A DNA stretch of 20,000 nucleotides from Chiloscyllium plagiosum (taxonomy: Eukaryota), in assembly GCF_004010195.1 (NCBI RefSeq), contig NC_057751.1, forward strand, positions 13,003,049 to 13,023,048, given 5' to 3'. Made by a program: the position numbers and the translations under genes. Below are positions 9,663-20,000 of this stretch, piece after piece. Under the pieces are notes generated by a model. The model was not told where the DNA came from. It ran no database searches and saw only the letters and a list, made by a program, of their open reading frames with translations. Position 1 is the stretch's first letter, and each line of letters starts with the position of its first letter.

Positions 9663-11500
9663 GTTTCCAGAAGGTATTTGACAAAGCGCCACCTCAAAGG
9701 GTTGCGTGAAAAACAAAACCTTGAATTGTAGCGGGTAGCACATTGGAATGGAAAGAGGATTGGCTGGCTCACAAGAAATAGAGTGTAGGAATAAACAAGT
9801 CTTTTTCAGGTTGGCAAGATGTAATAAGACACAGCCACAGTGATCAGTGCTGAAAACGCAACTGTTTACAATTTAGATAAGTGATTTGGATGTTGAGACT
9901 GAAGGTCTGATTGCCAAATGTGCAGAGGATAGGCAAGAAAATAAGTTGTAAAGAGAACACATGTTTGCAAAAAGATATTATACATATGTTATCTGAGTGT
10001 GCAATAACCTGGCAAATGCCACTGAAAATGAGAAATTGTGAAATTGTTAAATTTGGCAGGAAGAATTTTTAAAAAGTATTCAAAATGATGAGTGTTATGG
10101 ACTAGGCCAGACCACTCAAAACATTCTAAAGCAGGAAGCTCAGACTATAACTTTGCAATTTGTTTTGGTAAGTGTACAGTGAAAATTACCCGGAGTAAGA
10201 TAGCTAGGTTGACTACTAGATTTTACAACAGACAAAAATTAATTCATAAAATTACACTATGAAACACAAAAACAGAATAAAGAACCCTTACAGAACTCAA
10301 CCTATCCAACTAGACTTAATTATGCTGTTCCGAATATACACAACAGTCCCAATAAGCAAACTCCCTTTAAACGCCAGTATAAATGGAACACATACTTATA
10401 GGTTGAAGTTGAACGGCAGGAAAAGAGAGAGAGAGCTTTCACACAGCTCACTGTTGAACTTCCAACAAGTTCAAAACTGAACTAAAACTGCTCAGCTAGA
10501 GCTAGAAAGCTGACCATTCTCCTTTCATTATACAGGTCACTTCTAATACATGATCACTTTGGCCTGAAGTCTCATCTGTTTACATACAAATAAAAGGCCT
10601 CTCAAAATCCTTTCAATCTCTGTACCAACCCAGACTGATTGGAGCCTGGCCTGGTTTATTACTCCTCTGAAAAACATCAAGAACAGTGTATTCTTGAGCA
10701 AGGAACAGCTTTTAGAAAGAAAAAGGGACTAGCTTTGTGACATGGGTGTTTACAGAACTCCAATGTGCAATGTGATCTGGATTTCCGAGTGCGTAAACCA
10801 GAAAAGCTTAGCATGCAGGCACAACACATAAATAGGAAGTTCAATATAATGTTATCATTTTCAATACAGAAGTAGGTTTCAGTCATATGGTGCACTGATA
10901 AGACCTCATCTGGAATACTGTATACAATGTTATTCACTTTAAGTAAGAAAAAATGGAATGCATTGGAAGTTGTTTTGAGAAGGTCTATTTACTAATATCT
11001 GAAATGGATGGGTTGTTTTATGAGAAAAGGTTGGAGAGGCTAAGCTTATGTTGTCCAGAGTTTATAAGAGTCAAAGGTGACTTGATTGAAAGATGCAAGA
11101 TCCTGAAGAGTCCTGACAAGTGTTGGATATGGGAGAATCAGGAACTCAGGGTCAGAGTTTAAAAATCAGAGTGGTCCTTTTAAACAGAAATGAGAAAAGG
11201 GATCTCTAGAGGGTCGTGGGTCTTTGGAACTCTCTTCCTGAAAAGGTGGTGAAGCCGAGTCCCTGAGTAATATTAAAGTGGAGGCAGAGATATTCGAGTT
11301 AAGCAACAAGGTGAACAGTTATTAGGGATAGACAGAAATGTGCTTTTGAGATTATAATCAGCTCATGATCTTACTAAATGGCAGAACAACTTGAGACAGC
11401 CTACACCTGCTCCTTGTTATTGGAGGGAGGTGGGATAATGGAATTCGAAACACAAACAGATCAGTCTTGATCTTATTGATTGGCAGAACAGGCTCACAGG
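9663..11500 (+). mobile_element. Degraded CR1 LINE (RT to 3' UTR), split by a solo LTR at 10093-10742
   Basis: FQKVFDKAP (DFQKAFDKVPH motif), PQ.SVL..QLFTI.ISDLD, KCAED. It resumes after 10742 with LIRPHLEY...YEKRLERL...RVKGDLIE and a duplicated 3' tail at ~11330-11500. Confidence 0.8.
10093..10742 (-). mobile_element. Solo LTR (650 bp), probably Gypsy/Ty3-type
   Basis: TGTTA...TGACA termini; imperfect 4-bp TSD TGAG(10089-10092)/TGGG(10743-10746). It interrupts a collinear CR1. Strand is inferred only from minus-strand TATAA and ATTAAA order. Confidence 0.8.
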
Positions 11501-11529
11501 TCTGTATGTCTGAGAGCTGGCAAGGATTT

Positions 11530-12450
11530 GTTAAAGGTTAATGTTAGACTGATTTGATTGAGTTCTTTAATGAGATAATGGACATACTTCACCAAGGTAT
11601 TGCTGTGGATGTGTGTGTAGATTTTCAGAGGCATTCTACAAAGTGTCACACAGGAGGCTTTTTCAGAAAGTGAAATCCCAAGGAACTAAAGAGAAAGTAG
11701 TGGCATCAATGCAAAATTGTACCTTACAAACAAGGACAAAGGTCAGTTTGGCTCCTTGGTTCTATTGATCGCTTCCGTTTTACAAATGATTTAGACAGAG
11801 GTGTGTGAAAGAGCATTACAAAATTTTTATTTAGAATAAAGATTGGCAAATTAGCAGACTGTTGGAGACTTCAAGAAACATAATCTGCATGAAACATGCA
11901 AAAGTATGGTGAATTGAGTTCAATGCAGTGAAGTTTGAAGTGATTGACTTTGGTTGACAAAGACAGTATATTACAGATAGAGTGATTTTGAAGTGTAAAT
12001 ATGCAGAAAATTATCATCTTAAGAAAATTCTTGAAAGTGGTAGCATAAGTTGATGAGGTGGTTCTGAGTTTCATAAAGAGACAAATAGAACATAAATACA
12101 AAAAGATAATGTTAGATTTACAAAACTTACTGGTAGAACACCAGCTGGAATATTGTAGATATTTCTGGACATTACTCCTGCGGAAAGATAAAAACCCTTC
12201 AGAAAGAGTGCAGAGGGCATTTACCAAGATTTTTCCAGGGATGAGGAATTTCAATGATGAATAGTTATGGTCAAGAAGGTTGGCTGGAACGAAGGGTAAG
12301 ATGTTCCTAAGGTATAGTTTAGATAATATAGTCGAGAAAAGCTTTCTTCTCTGGCGAGTGGGGCATTAATGAGAAGTCATGAATTTAAAAATGTAGGAAC
12401 ATAAGCTAGACTTGTAGAGGCAAGGTAAGAAATATTTTCACTCAAGTCAG
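11530..12450 (+). mobile_element. Old degraded CR1 LINE RT-to-3' fragment
   Basis: LIEFF.E, AVDV..DFQ.AF.KVSH.RL, and LLVEHQLEYC..FW....RKD....ERVQRAFTKIFPGMRNF (ORF 12058-12264). Confidence 0.75.
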
Positions 12451-12689
12451 TTTTCCACTTTGTCAGAATCTACAATGTTGTCTGTGCTTTGGACACTTCG
12501 ACCAGTTTATATATTAAAAACACTTTACCCAAGTGGTCTTGTCAGTGAGGCAGACACAGGGGCATAGAATTTGGTTTGCAGTTCAGCTCAATTTCCTTCA
12601 CAAAATATTCCTCATTTGAACACTCTGTGAGCACTTCCCAAATTCCCACAGTATTTACTCTCGACCAAGTTTTATCGCTCTGGGAAAGG

Positions 12690-13255
12690 ATATTAACTAC
12701 AATAATCCACTTGTATGAGCTGGACCATTGGAATCTTGTTCCTCTTTGAGACAGGGCTTGCTCTCTTTCACAAAGGGGGTCTCACAGAGGTCAAGGCAGA
12801 TTTCCCCAGGTCTTCTTGGGTTGCCACATGGTCTTTCACCACATATTTTACTGCACGTCTTCCCTACGAGTCTTTTCTGAGTCTTCACTGAGGGGTTGGC
12901 ATCCAGATGTGTGTTCTTATCTGTTCCAGAATGTTCAGTGGCTTTCAGCCAATGGGGACATGAGCTGGATTTAAGTCATCCAATGGGGTTGCAACTTCAC
13001 TCTTCGCTGTTGGCATGCTGGGAGGTGTCAAGTGCACATATGTGGGCAGTCAAGATGTAAGAACGTCTGATCGACATTTATCCAATACAAAACCTTGGGC
13101 TGGTGTAACTGGTTCACCTTGAATATTAGTAACCCCTTTGACGTTGGTTTCCACTGTTCTGTGTAGCCAATTGCTGCTTACTGCTGTTTAGTTTGGCCAC
13201 TTTTCTGTCAGGCCTGATTTCTCTGGCTGTTGGACATTTCAGAACAGAAGCTGAC
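12690..13255 (-). mobile_element. Probable highly degraded Gypsy pol (integrase C-terminal/SH3-like tail) remnant
   Basis: With frameshifts, the minus strand gives LF.LK..IRPD, KQQ..Q, GFVLDKC, RSYIL, VHLD.L and a terminal SKRNKIP..QL, in the order expected at Gypsy pol ends. Confidence 0.4.
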
Positions 13256-13943
13256 TACTGACTTATTTTAAAATGTGAGTTAGACAGCAACTTGAGGTTA
13301 AAAAGCTTACAGAGTTAAAAACCAGAAGGGGATGTGGGAAACATTTCTAAGAATCATTCAGGGAATTAAACAGGCACAATCGGGCAAAAAGTCTCCTGCA
13401 TTTGTAAGTTTCTACATTTCTGTAGATCATACCACTTTGTAATTCATTGTTGTCTTAACTTTCAATTAGCTGTGTCAAGTGCAGATCTTAAGTCTCAGGA
13501 TGTAATCTCCTGTAGCTACATGAGAACTCCTCCAGATTTATCTCGCCATTGTTTACCAATGTTTCAATCAAAAATATCAGTAATGAGCATGATGAGATGA
13601 CTAAAATTAAAAGCTTTGAGTAATGCTTTATTTTCCTTTCTTTGTACTTTTCCATATACCTTGGTAAGCTAAGCCTCTGCATGCATTTAATGAAATCAAT
13701 GCTGATACTTTTTCATTGGTATTCAATTAAAAAATGTCATACTGAATTATTTGTGTGATCACCACATCATTGCTTATAAATATATCTCAGTGGAATTGAA
13801 AAGTTTTGCAGTGTTTTAACAGAAGAGAAAGGGAATTCAGATGTAATTACACGAAGATGGAAAATGTCACAGGAAAAGTTGATTTTGTCAGGGATGACTT
13901 ATTATGACAAGGTCATGAATGTTTGTAAGATTGGTTTTGGGAC

Positions 13944-14072
13944 ATCCCTGATGAAGAGTTTATGCCTGAAACATCGTCTCTCCTGCTCCTCAGATGCTGC
14001 CTGACCTATTGTGCTTTCCCAGCGTCACACTTTTCGACTCTGATCACCAGCACCTGCAGTCCTCACTTTCTC
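13944..14072 (+). mobile_element. Solo PLE pLTR end (family C) beginning at a hammerhead motif
   Basis: CTGATGA(13948-13954)-A-GAGT-TTAT-GCCT-GAAAC-ATC, then a tail homologous to 4860-4920 and to the reverse complement of 7601-7700. Confidence 0.85.
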
Positions 14073-14828
14073 TTATATTACACTTTACACCTTACCCCCT
14101 TTCGAATTTTATCTATAAAAGTGATTCAGCAATATTACCAAGTCATGATTATTTCCTCCCTATATGTCATTTGGATTATTGTCTGATGGATGATAAATTA
14201 GGACTTTTTCTTGTGTTACGTTATTTCTAAATACATGTAGTGACAAACTTGAAAATTTGTTCAATTATTGGGCTGGGATAGTGAGCAGAGTATGTTTGAA
14301 CTATGACTTCTCAGAAGGTTAGGCTTTCTCCTCATGCAGATGCCTCCCCTAACTGTTGTGCCAATGGTGGGTGGATGTATTATGTTGTCCAGCTTGCTTT
14401 GTGGGAGCAGCACAGCCTGCAAGCTGAAAACAGATGATTTAATTTCTTGCTTGGCTTGAGAAGAAGAAAGAAACATTTATACCAGGCCTTTTTTTTTCCA
14501 CATTTTGCAAAGGTATGCCTCTTGAATTGAGAGAATAGCTTTGAACGAAAACAAAATGTAATGAAGCAACAAATTATATGCTAGGTAAAGTCTTGTCTCC
14601 ACGCCTGTGTATGAAAAACAAATCCAAAATTACCAGAGATTAAAGTCCTGTTGCTTATGCATGAAATGCAGTGCGAACAAAAAATATGATCGGAGAGAGA
14701 AAAACACAGCTGATAAACGTACAAAATGTGGGTCAGATTAAGTTTAATTTTTGTGAAGCATTCATGTTTGATAAATATCTTTGCTGTCAGAAGCTGTATA
14801 ATAATGAGTAAACTGTTCTTTGTTGCAG

Positions 14829-15104
14829 TTTGCTGGGATTGTGCTGAGCTGTATGTATCTGAAGATACTTTCACAACACATGGATGAACTGGATGGGTTC
14901 AGAATGGTCATTCCTTATGAGCTGTTGGATCTTTCAGGCGCTGGATGGTGTCTGTGTCTACCGAGAGAGGGTGGCTACCAACAATTACAAAGAGCTGACA
15001 GCAATGCTGACTTCCCGGTTGCACTGGATTCAGCCCAAGAAATGCAGCTGATCAGCACAGAACAAGGAGAAGTGAACAGACAAGAGATCCCAAGTGTCAA
15101 CTAG
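14829..15104 (+). CDS. TSPAN15-like: Terminal coding exon of a tetraspanin-15-like (TspanC8) gene: second half of TM4 plus cytoplasmic tail, 91 aa
   Basis: Acceptor TGTTCTTTGTTGCAG ends at 14828, phase 0. FAGIVLSCMYLKIL...LSGAGWCLCLP resembles human TSPAN15 FLGVLLTLLYITRV...AAGTGCCLCYP as I recall it. Stop TAG at 15102-15104; no TE similarity seen. Confidence 0.8.
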   Translation, partial: FAGIVLSCMYLKILSQHMDELDGFRMVIPYELLDLSGAGWCLCLPREGGYQQLQRADSNADFPVALDSAQEMQLISTEQGEVNRQEIPSVN

Positions 15105-16276
15105 TGTCAAAGTCTGACACCTGCCAGTTCAGTGACACTGAACAGATATGCAGCAGCTTTGACATTCTCCAAAAGTAATGGTTTTTGTTAAAGTTGTCCA
15201 GGTGCAGGAGACAACTTATGCACTTCTTGGTAACAGTATTCAGTCACCGTGACAGCAAAAACCAAATTACAACTGGAAACGAGCTCAGACTTGCTATATT
15301 TGGAGAAGATGCTGTCAATCCTGTGCAACTCGCTCAGCTCTCCCACCCCCCCAGTCCCATGGGCAATTCTGCGTCTCACACAGCCTCATACATTGGAAAA
15401 TAAGTGACTGTTTTTAAGAAAGGAAAGTGATCATCTGTAAATTACACAACTGAACCTGATGGAGAAGTAACACCAGCTGTACAGGCCTGCAATCTCAGTT
15501 GTTGATCTTGCTATAACCACTGGAAGAGTTGCTGAGCAGGGAGCAGGAACTTTTGATTTGAGATCAGCGAATGCAACCACTATTTTTTTAGATTCCTCGT
15601 TTCATCCATTTATTTAAATCCTGCAACCCAAAGTTCCCAGTGCCATGTAACTTTGTGTGTTTTCCATTCTGGATTAGCCAGTGTACATTTTATATTACAA
15701 ATGGTTTTATATTCTCATTGTGCTACTTTCTATAGGTAGAAAGTCAGAGCAAATGAATATTTGCATGCCAGGTCACCCTCAGTCATTGGCCGCACAGTGT
15801 TTCAGCTTGGGCGGTACCAGTAACTTTAAAATTACAGTCAGAACATTGCAACTTTTGTAAATGTTACCTTCCATCATTTTAATGTCAGTGAAGAATGAAC
15901 ATATCTTCAGTGCTATAATTGATTCAACTTGAATTCTAGTAGCAGCACGATCTCTATTTTCCCTCGTCATGAGATAACATAGACTGAATAAGATAATATG
16001 ACTGTGACCTGTGTGTGGTGGTCTAACATCTTTGGCAATGGCAGCTACAAGCATACTATTGCTCAGATTTCAATGTCTGTTGACTACCTTGTCATTTCAC
16101 TTGCAGTTTTATACCACAGTAATACCGTGATATATCCTGAACTTTACACCATGGTCTTCCACTGATTCATCACCAAATAACACAGTACCACATCACAATG
16201 CTCAGTTTTATCTTGTGTCATAATTTTCAGCATTCATGAACACTGGATTGGTGAGAAATTGCTAAATCTCCTTTTC

Positions 16277-16282
16277 AATAAA
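16277..16282 (+). promoter_or_regulatory. Candidate polyadenylation signal of the tetraspanin gene
   Basis: First AATAAA I found after the stop codon; it ends a ~1.17-kb TE-poor stretch. Confidence 0.4.
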
Positions 16283-16283
16283 A

Positions 16284-16440
16284 GGGAAATATCTTGAAAA
16301 TACTCAGTAGCTTAGGCAGCCTCTGACATTGATAAAAGATCATTGATTTGAACTGTGAACTCTGTTTCTTTCTCCACACTTGCTGAGTATCTCAAGCATG
16401 TTCTGTGCACATTTGAAGTTTCCAGCATCTAAACTATTTG
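16284..16440. mobile_element. Old inverted PLE pLTR relic (family B-like)
   Basis: GAAATATCTTGAAAATACTCAGTAG (left) is roughly complementary to TTGCTGAGTATCTCAAGCATGTTC (right). A decayed hammerhead TTGATAA-AAGATCATTGATTT-GAAC lies at ~16329-16353. Confidence 0.55.
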
Positions 16441-16756
16441 AGGCTGTGTTCATTGAGAAACCGGAGGGTGGAAACAAGCTGTATGGAAACTGAACATTGA
16501 TTCATTTGGTGGCCTGCAGACATTCAGCATTGCACTTAATACCTCTATTCATTACACAGCTCCAGATCATTTCAGTCTCAGTTTGTTGGTTCTTTCGAAA
16601 AGGACCCAGATGAGCAATGTACAATTTTCAGGTCACTGTCCTTTCTCCTCACAGAGTTGAATTTGAATCCAGCCCAGGTGTAGCAATTCTACCTCTATCC
16701 CTTCCAATCTGCCAGGACATAATACGAGTTGACTTTAGGCTATACAGACAGGGAGG

Positions 16757-17020
16757 GAACACTTCAACAGTCAGGGACATTTGGCCTCAGACCTTCAAGT
16801 GACCATCCTCCAAGGTGGACTTCGGGATATGCAACAACACAAAGTGGCCAAGCTGAGGCTGATAGCAAAGTTCAGTACCCAAAAGAATGGCCTCAACCGG
16901 GACTTTGGGTTCATGTCAGACTACAGGTGACCCCCACTGCACTATACACTCTCTCTCTCTCTCACGCACACACACAGACACACACACAAACTCATGCAGA
17001 CCCTCTCTCATACACAAGCT
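16757..17020 (+). mobile_element. Neptune-type PLE GIY-YIG C-terminus and CT/CA-rich 3' UTR
   Basis: In frame 16757-16930: EHFNSQGHLASDLQVTILQGGLRD.QQHKVA.LRLIAKF.T..NGLNRDFGFMSDYR*. A (CT)n(CA)n tract follows from ~16946. Confidence 0.85.
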
Positions 17021-17035
17021 CTCTCAATTACGTGC

Positions 17036-17364
17036 CATGGTTAGATAGGTTGGACAGTGAGAACCTTCTTCCTTGGATGGCAATGGCAAGCCTGAGGGGA
17101 CATAGCTTTAAATTGATAGATATAGGTTAGATATAGGGTGATAGATATAGGTTAGATGTCAGAGGTAGTTTCTTTACTGAGAGAGTAGTAGGGGCATGAA
17201 ACGCACTGCGTGCAACAGTAATCAACTTGCTAACTTTAAGCAATTTGAATGGTCATTGGATAGGCATATGGATGAGAATGGGCTTCAGATTGGTTCCGCA
17301 ACAGGGTGGCACAACATCGAGGGCCAAAGGGCCTGTACTGTGCTGTAATGTTATATGTTCTATA
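17036..17364 (+). mobile_element. CR1 LINE 3' end
   Basis: LDRLDSENL.P......RGHSFKL, DVRGSFFTERVVGA, and tail GGGCCAAAGGGCCTGTACTGTGCTGTAATGTTATATGTTCTATA. Short internal TAGATATAGG duplication at 17117-17157. Confidence 0.85.
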
Positions 17365-17390
17365 ATCTGGTGTTGTGTGATTTTTAACTT
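17360..17390 (+). mobile_element. PLE pLTR tail remnant (family A)
   Basis: CTATAATCTGGTGTTGTGTGATTTTTAACTT matches 1387-1417 at 29/31. Confidence 0.75.
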
Positions 17391-17414
17391 AATTCTAATG
17401 GGCAGTGGAGTAGG

Positions 17415-17622
17415 TTCAGTGAAGTTGCCATATTCACAGAGGATCACTCCCCCACTAGAGAGAGATGACCGGTGAGGTATCTGAACTGAAGATCAGTGTG
17501 TCTCAGACATGGGACAAGGTTGAGAAGGCAGGGCGTTCATGGTAATCTCAGCCAATGCAGAAATTGAACCAATGATATTGGCATTATTCTACATTATAAA
17601 CCAACAAGCCAGCCAACCAATG
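17415..17622 (-). mobile_element. Degenerate tRNA-derived SINE
   Basis: Minus-strand head GTTGGCTGGCTTGTTGGTTT...ATGCCAA...TGGTTCAATTTC (box A/B-like), followed by GCTGAGATTACCATGAA. Confidence 0.6.
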
Positions 17623-18400
17623 AATGGTATTCATTGTGATGAATGGTATTGGGAATGGTCATTTATTCTGACATCTGCGTGCTTGAAACTGACACTCCTT
17701 ATTCATAATGAGCACCCAAATTCACCTTCAAAGAAGGTGGATCACAAAGCAGTGTGTCTTTAATAGAATGGAAGATGGGAGAGATAAATGATAGAGGAAT
17801 AATGTAGCAAGACAGAAAGAAGTGAGAATGGGCTGGATGAGGAAATAAGAGACATGTCTTAGGAAGAGGTAGAAGCAGGAACAACAGAATTGTTACCAAA
17901 ATTTACTGTTAATAACAGATTCTAAAAATAATCCAGGGTGATAGAAATTGTTAACCAGTACCAGAAAGAGTATAATTTGGTTGCAGTATGTTCAATCCAT
18001 GAGATTGTAGCTTTATAATAAGGAAGGGTGAAGGTTGATAATACACAGCCTTTAATGTGATGTCTGGGATTGTAATCAATTTTTCTTCTCCTTGTTTATG
18101 ACCAACCTCAGCAAATTAAATAAATCAAGGTGTTTTTATTGGTGCTTACTATTGGTTGAATTCCCTTGTGTGTGATTATACCATTTAAAGAAAGAAAGCA
18201 AGTGGAAAGCACTCAGGAGATTGTTTTCACAGAGAATTCATTTGAGTGATAGAGAAGATAAAGATTGATGAAGAAGTAAAGACTTCATATGCACAGAGAC
18301 GAACTCTTTCAGTCACCTCCCCCTCTCAGACAAATTTAATCAATCTTACAGCAATTTAAAATTGGAGCGTGCCATGAAATTTAAGAAGGAACTGGAGATC

Positions 18401-18412
18401 CAAGATGGCGGC
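18401..18412 (+). promoter_or_regulatory. YY1 motif of the L1 internal promoter
   Basis: CAAGATGGCGGC about 15 nt from the inferred element start. Confidence 0.7.
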
Positions 18413-18563
18413 GACCCAGCAAGTCTGAGTCTACAGTGCTCCTCCCAAGACTTGGGTAAAGTGGGTCACCCACCCCCATCACACTCACCAAATCATTTAT
18501 AATAGCTGTTTAATTTAATTAGTTGTTTAATATTAAATTTAAATAATCTAATCTTTAGTAAAA

Positions 18564-19421
18564 ATGACTAAAGGGAAGGGAGCCCGCAGCTCTCAACAAG
18601 CAGGAACCCCTCCCCCACCCTCTCCAGCTGCAGCCTAGGCGTCCACAGCCGCCCCGGGGGACTTATCTACGGTGTCAAGCCTTGTAGAAATGATCTCCAA
18701 ACTGGACGCGAAGATCGACGCTTTCATCGAAGAATCCTGAAGTCGAAGGGACTCACTCTCGGCCGCGCTGCAGAAGCACGACCGAGACATCCAAGAAATT
18801 GAGCGCCGAGTCAGAGGGGCGGAGTTAAAGGTCGCGACCTCCGAAACTACAGCGCAATCGGCCGTGGATCAGGTCCGGACTCTCGAACAGCGAGTCCAGA
18901 CCTTAGAGAATCATATTGATGACCACGATAATCGAGGTCGTCGAAAAAATATTCGTTTGCTGGGCCTTCCCGAATGGGAAGAGGAAGGCCAGCTTACAGC
19001 GTTTCTCGAGTAGTGGCTGCCACAGCTTTTAAATCTGGAAGCTGGATCAGGCCAGATAAGGATAGAATGGGCCTACTGGGTCGCAATACGCGGGCCCGGC
19101 TCGAACCAGCACCCACGCCCGGTCCTGTTCCGGCTGCAGAGCTACAAGGAGAGGCAGATACTCCTAGAAGCCTCTAGAAATCTTGGAAAAGGCCCCCAAG
19201 CTATGATCTATAAAGGATCCAAGATCATGTTATTCCAGGACTTTTCCCCAGCTCTGGTCCGAAAGAGGAAGGCATTCGATGAGGCGAAGAAGCGTTTAAG
19301 GGACTTAAATATTCAGTACTCCTTATGCTACCCAGCGACGCTACGTTTTAACCATGAAGGATCCGTATATAACTTCGGATCGCCAGAAAAGGCTAAGGAA
19401 TTCTTGGACTCTCTTAGATAA
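18564..19421 (+). pseudogene. L1 ORF1p (coiled coil, RRM, CTD), 285 codons with three premature stops
   Basis: One frame from ATG 18564 to TAA 19421: DNRGRRKNIRLLGLPE, PRPVLFRL..YKERQ.LL, FQDFS...RKRKAF, YPATL. In-frame stops at 18636, 18738 and 19011. Confidence 0.92.
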
Positions 19422-20000
19422 ACTGTAAGACATAATGGATGTTGGTTTGCCTTTCCCCCCGCTTTGGTTTATATCCCCCCTTTTTTTTCTTATCTTACTG
19501 TTTAATATTATCATGGGGGTGGGGAGAGGGATTTGATTTTCTCCCCCCCTTGGGGTTGTTTCCTTTTGTTATTTTATGTATATATGTGGGATGTATAAGC
19601 TGGGGGGTTTGGTTAATGTTGGTGGGGGGAGGTGGTTACCTTATTCAATTTTACCTCTGTCTTAAGCAGCGGGGTTGTTTTTCCCTTGTTATTTTGTATT
19701 AGTATATTTAATTATTATTTGTTGAGGTTGTAATTTTATAGTTATATGTTTATATATGGTATTAACATTACCAAATATATCCAGGTGTTGGTATGGGGGG
19801 GTAGGGTGTTCACTGTTAACTCTAGCTTTGTATTATATCTGAATTCTCCTCATTTTATTGAGGAGCGCCTGGGTCAAGGGTGGGGCATTGGTTGGGAGAG
19901 GATATGATGGACTTTTGGAGAGGAAGTGACACCCCCTGGGAACAAGGGGGAAAATCTCCACTTAGATACGTTTTATATTTTTTTTATTTAGAAATAGTTT

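Larger units (their letters stand above)
18386..20000 (+). mobile_element. LINE-1 element 5' portion (5' UTR, ORF1, inter-ORF spacer), probably running out of the window
   Basis: Abrupt CpG-rich start after AAATTTAAGAA, a YY1 motif, L1 ORF1, then a >570-bp T/G-rich spacer. Confidence 0.85.

Noticed and set aside
14340..14460. Acceptor-like CTTTCTCCTCATGCAG followed by MPPLTVVPMVGGCI
   Set aside because: No resemblance to the penultimate TSPAN15 exon beyond GC, and no convincing donor.
14913..14990. ITAM in the tetraspanin tail (YELL...YQQL)
   Set aside because: The spacer is 16 aa rather than the 6-8 of an ITAM.
1..20000. Prokaryotic systems (CRISPR array, retron, operon) and most short ORFs in the six-frame track
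   Set aside because: No repeat-spacer array or operon structure. The sequence is vertebrate repeat-rich DNA and the short ORFs are TE fragments or random.

Overview
Eukaryotic, repeat-dense DNA, inferred from its repeat families (HE1-type and Deu-domain SINEs, CR1-type LINEs, Penelope-like elements) to be cartilaginous fish, probably a shark. All family names come from recalled consensus features and hand translation, not database searches. I can support one host coding exon: a phase-0 terminal exon (14829-15104, +) resembling the TM4 and cytoplasmic tail of tetraspanin-15. It is followed by a TE-poor probable 3' UTR ending near AATAAA at 16277. The upstream ~14.8 kb is therefore probably its last intron. 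That region holds nested retroelement debris: two Penelope-like (PLE) RT/GIY-YIG copies, many CR1/L2-clade fragments, several tRNA-SINEs, two solo-LTR-like segments and a probable Gypsy remnant. A young LINE-1 5' end (YY1 motif, full-length ORF1 with 3 nonsense mutations) starts near 18386. The most notable pattern is about ten minimal hammerhead ribozyme (HHR) motifs from four PLE terminal-repeat families. Several sit in outward-facing inverted pairs, including a ~98% identical 245-bp palindrome and one pair with an 18-bp TSD. The only fully intact HHR core is antisense to the host gene, and its sense twin carries a C3G catalytic-core substitution.
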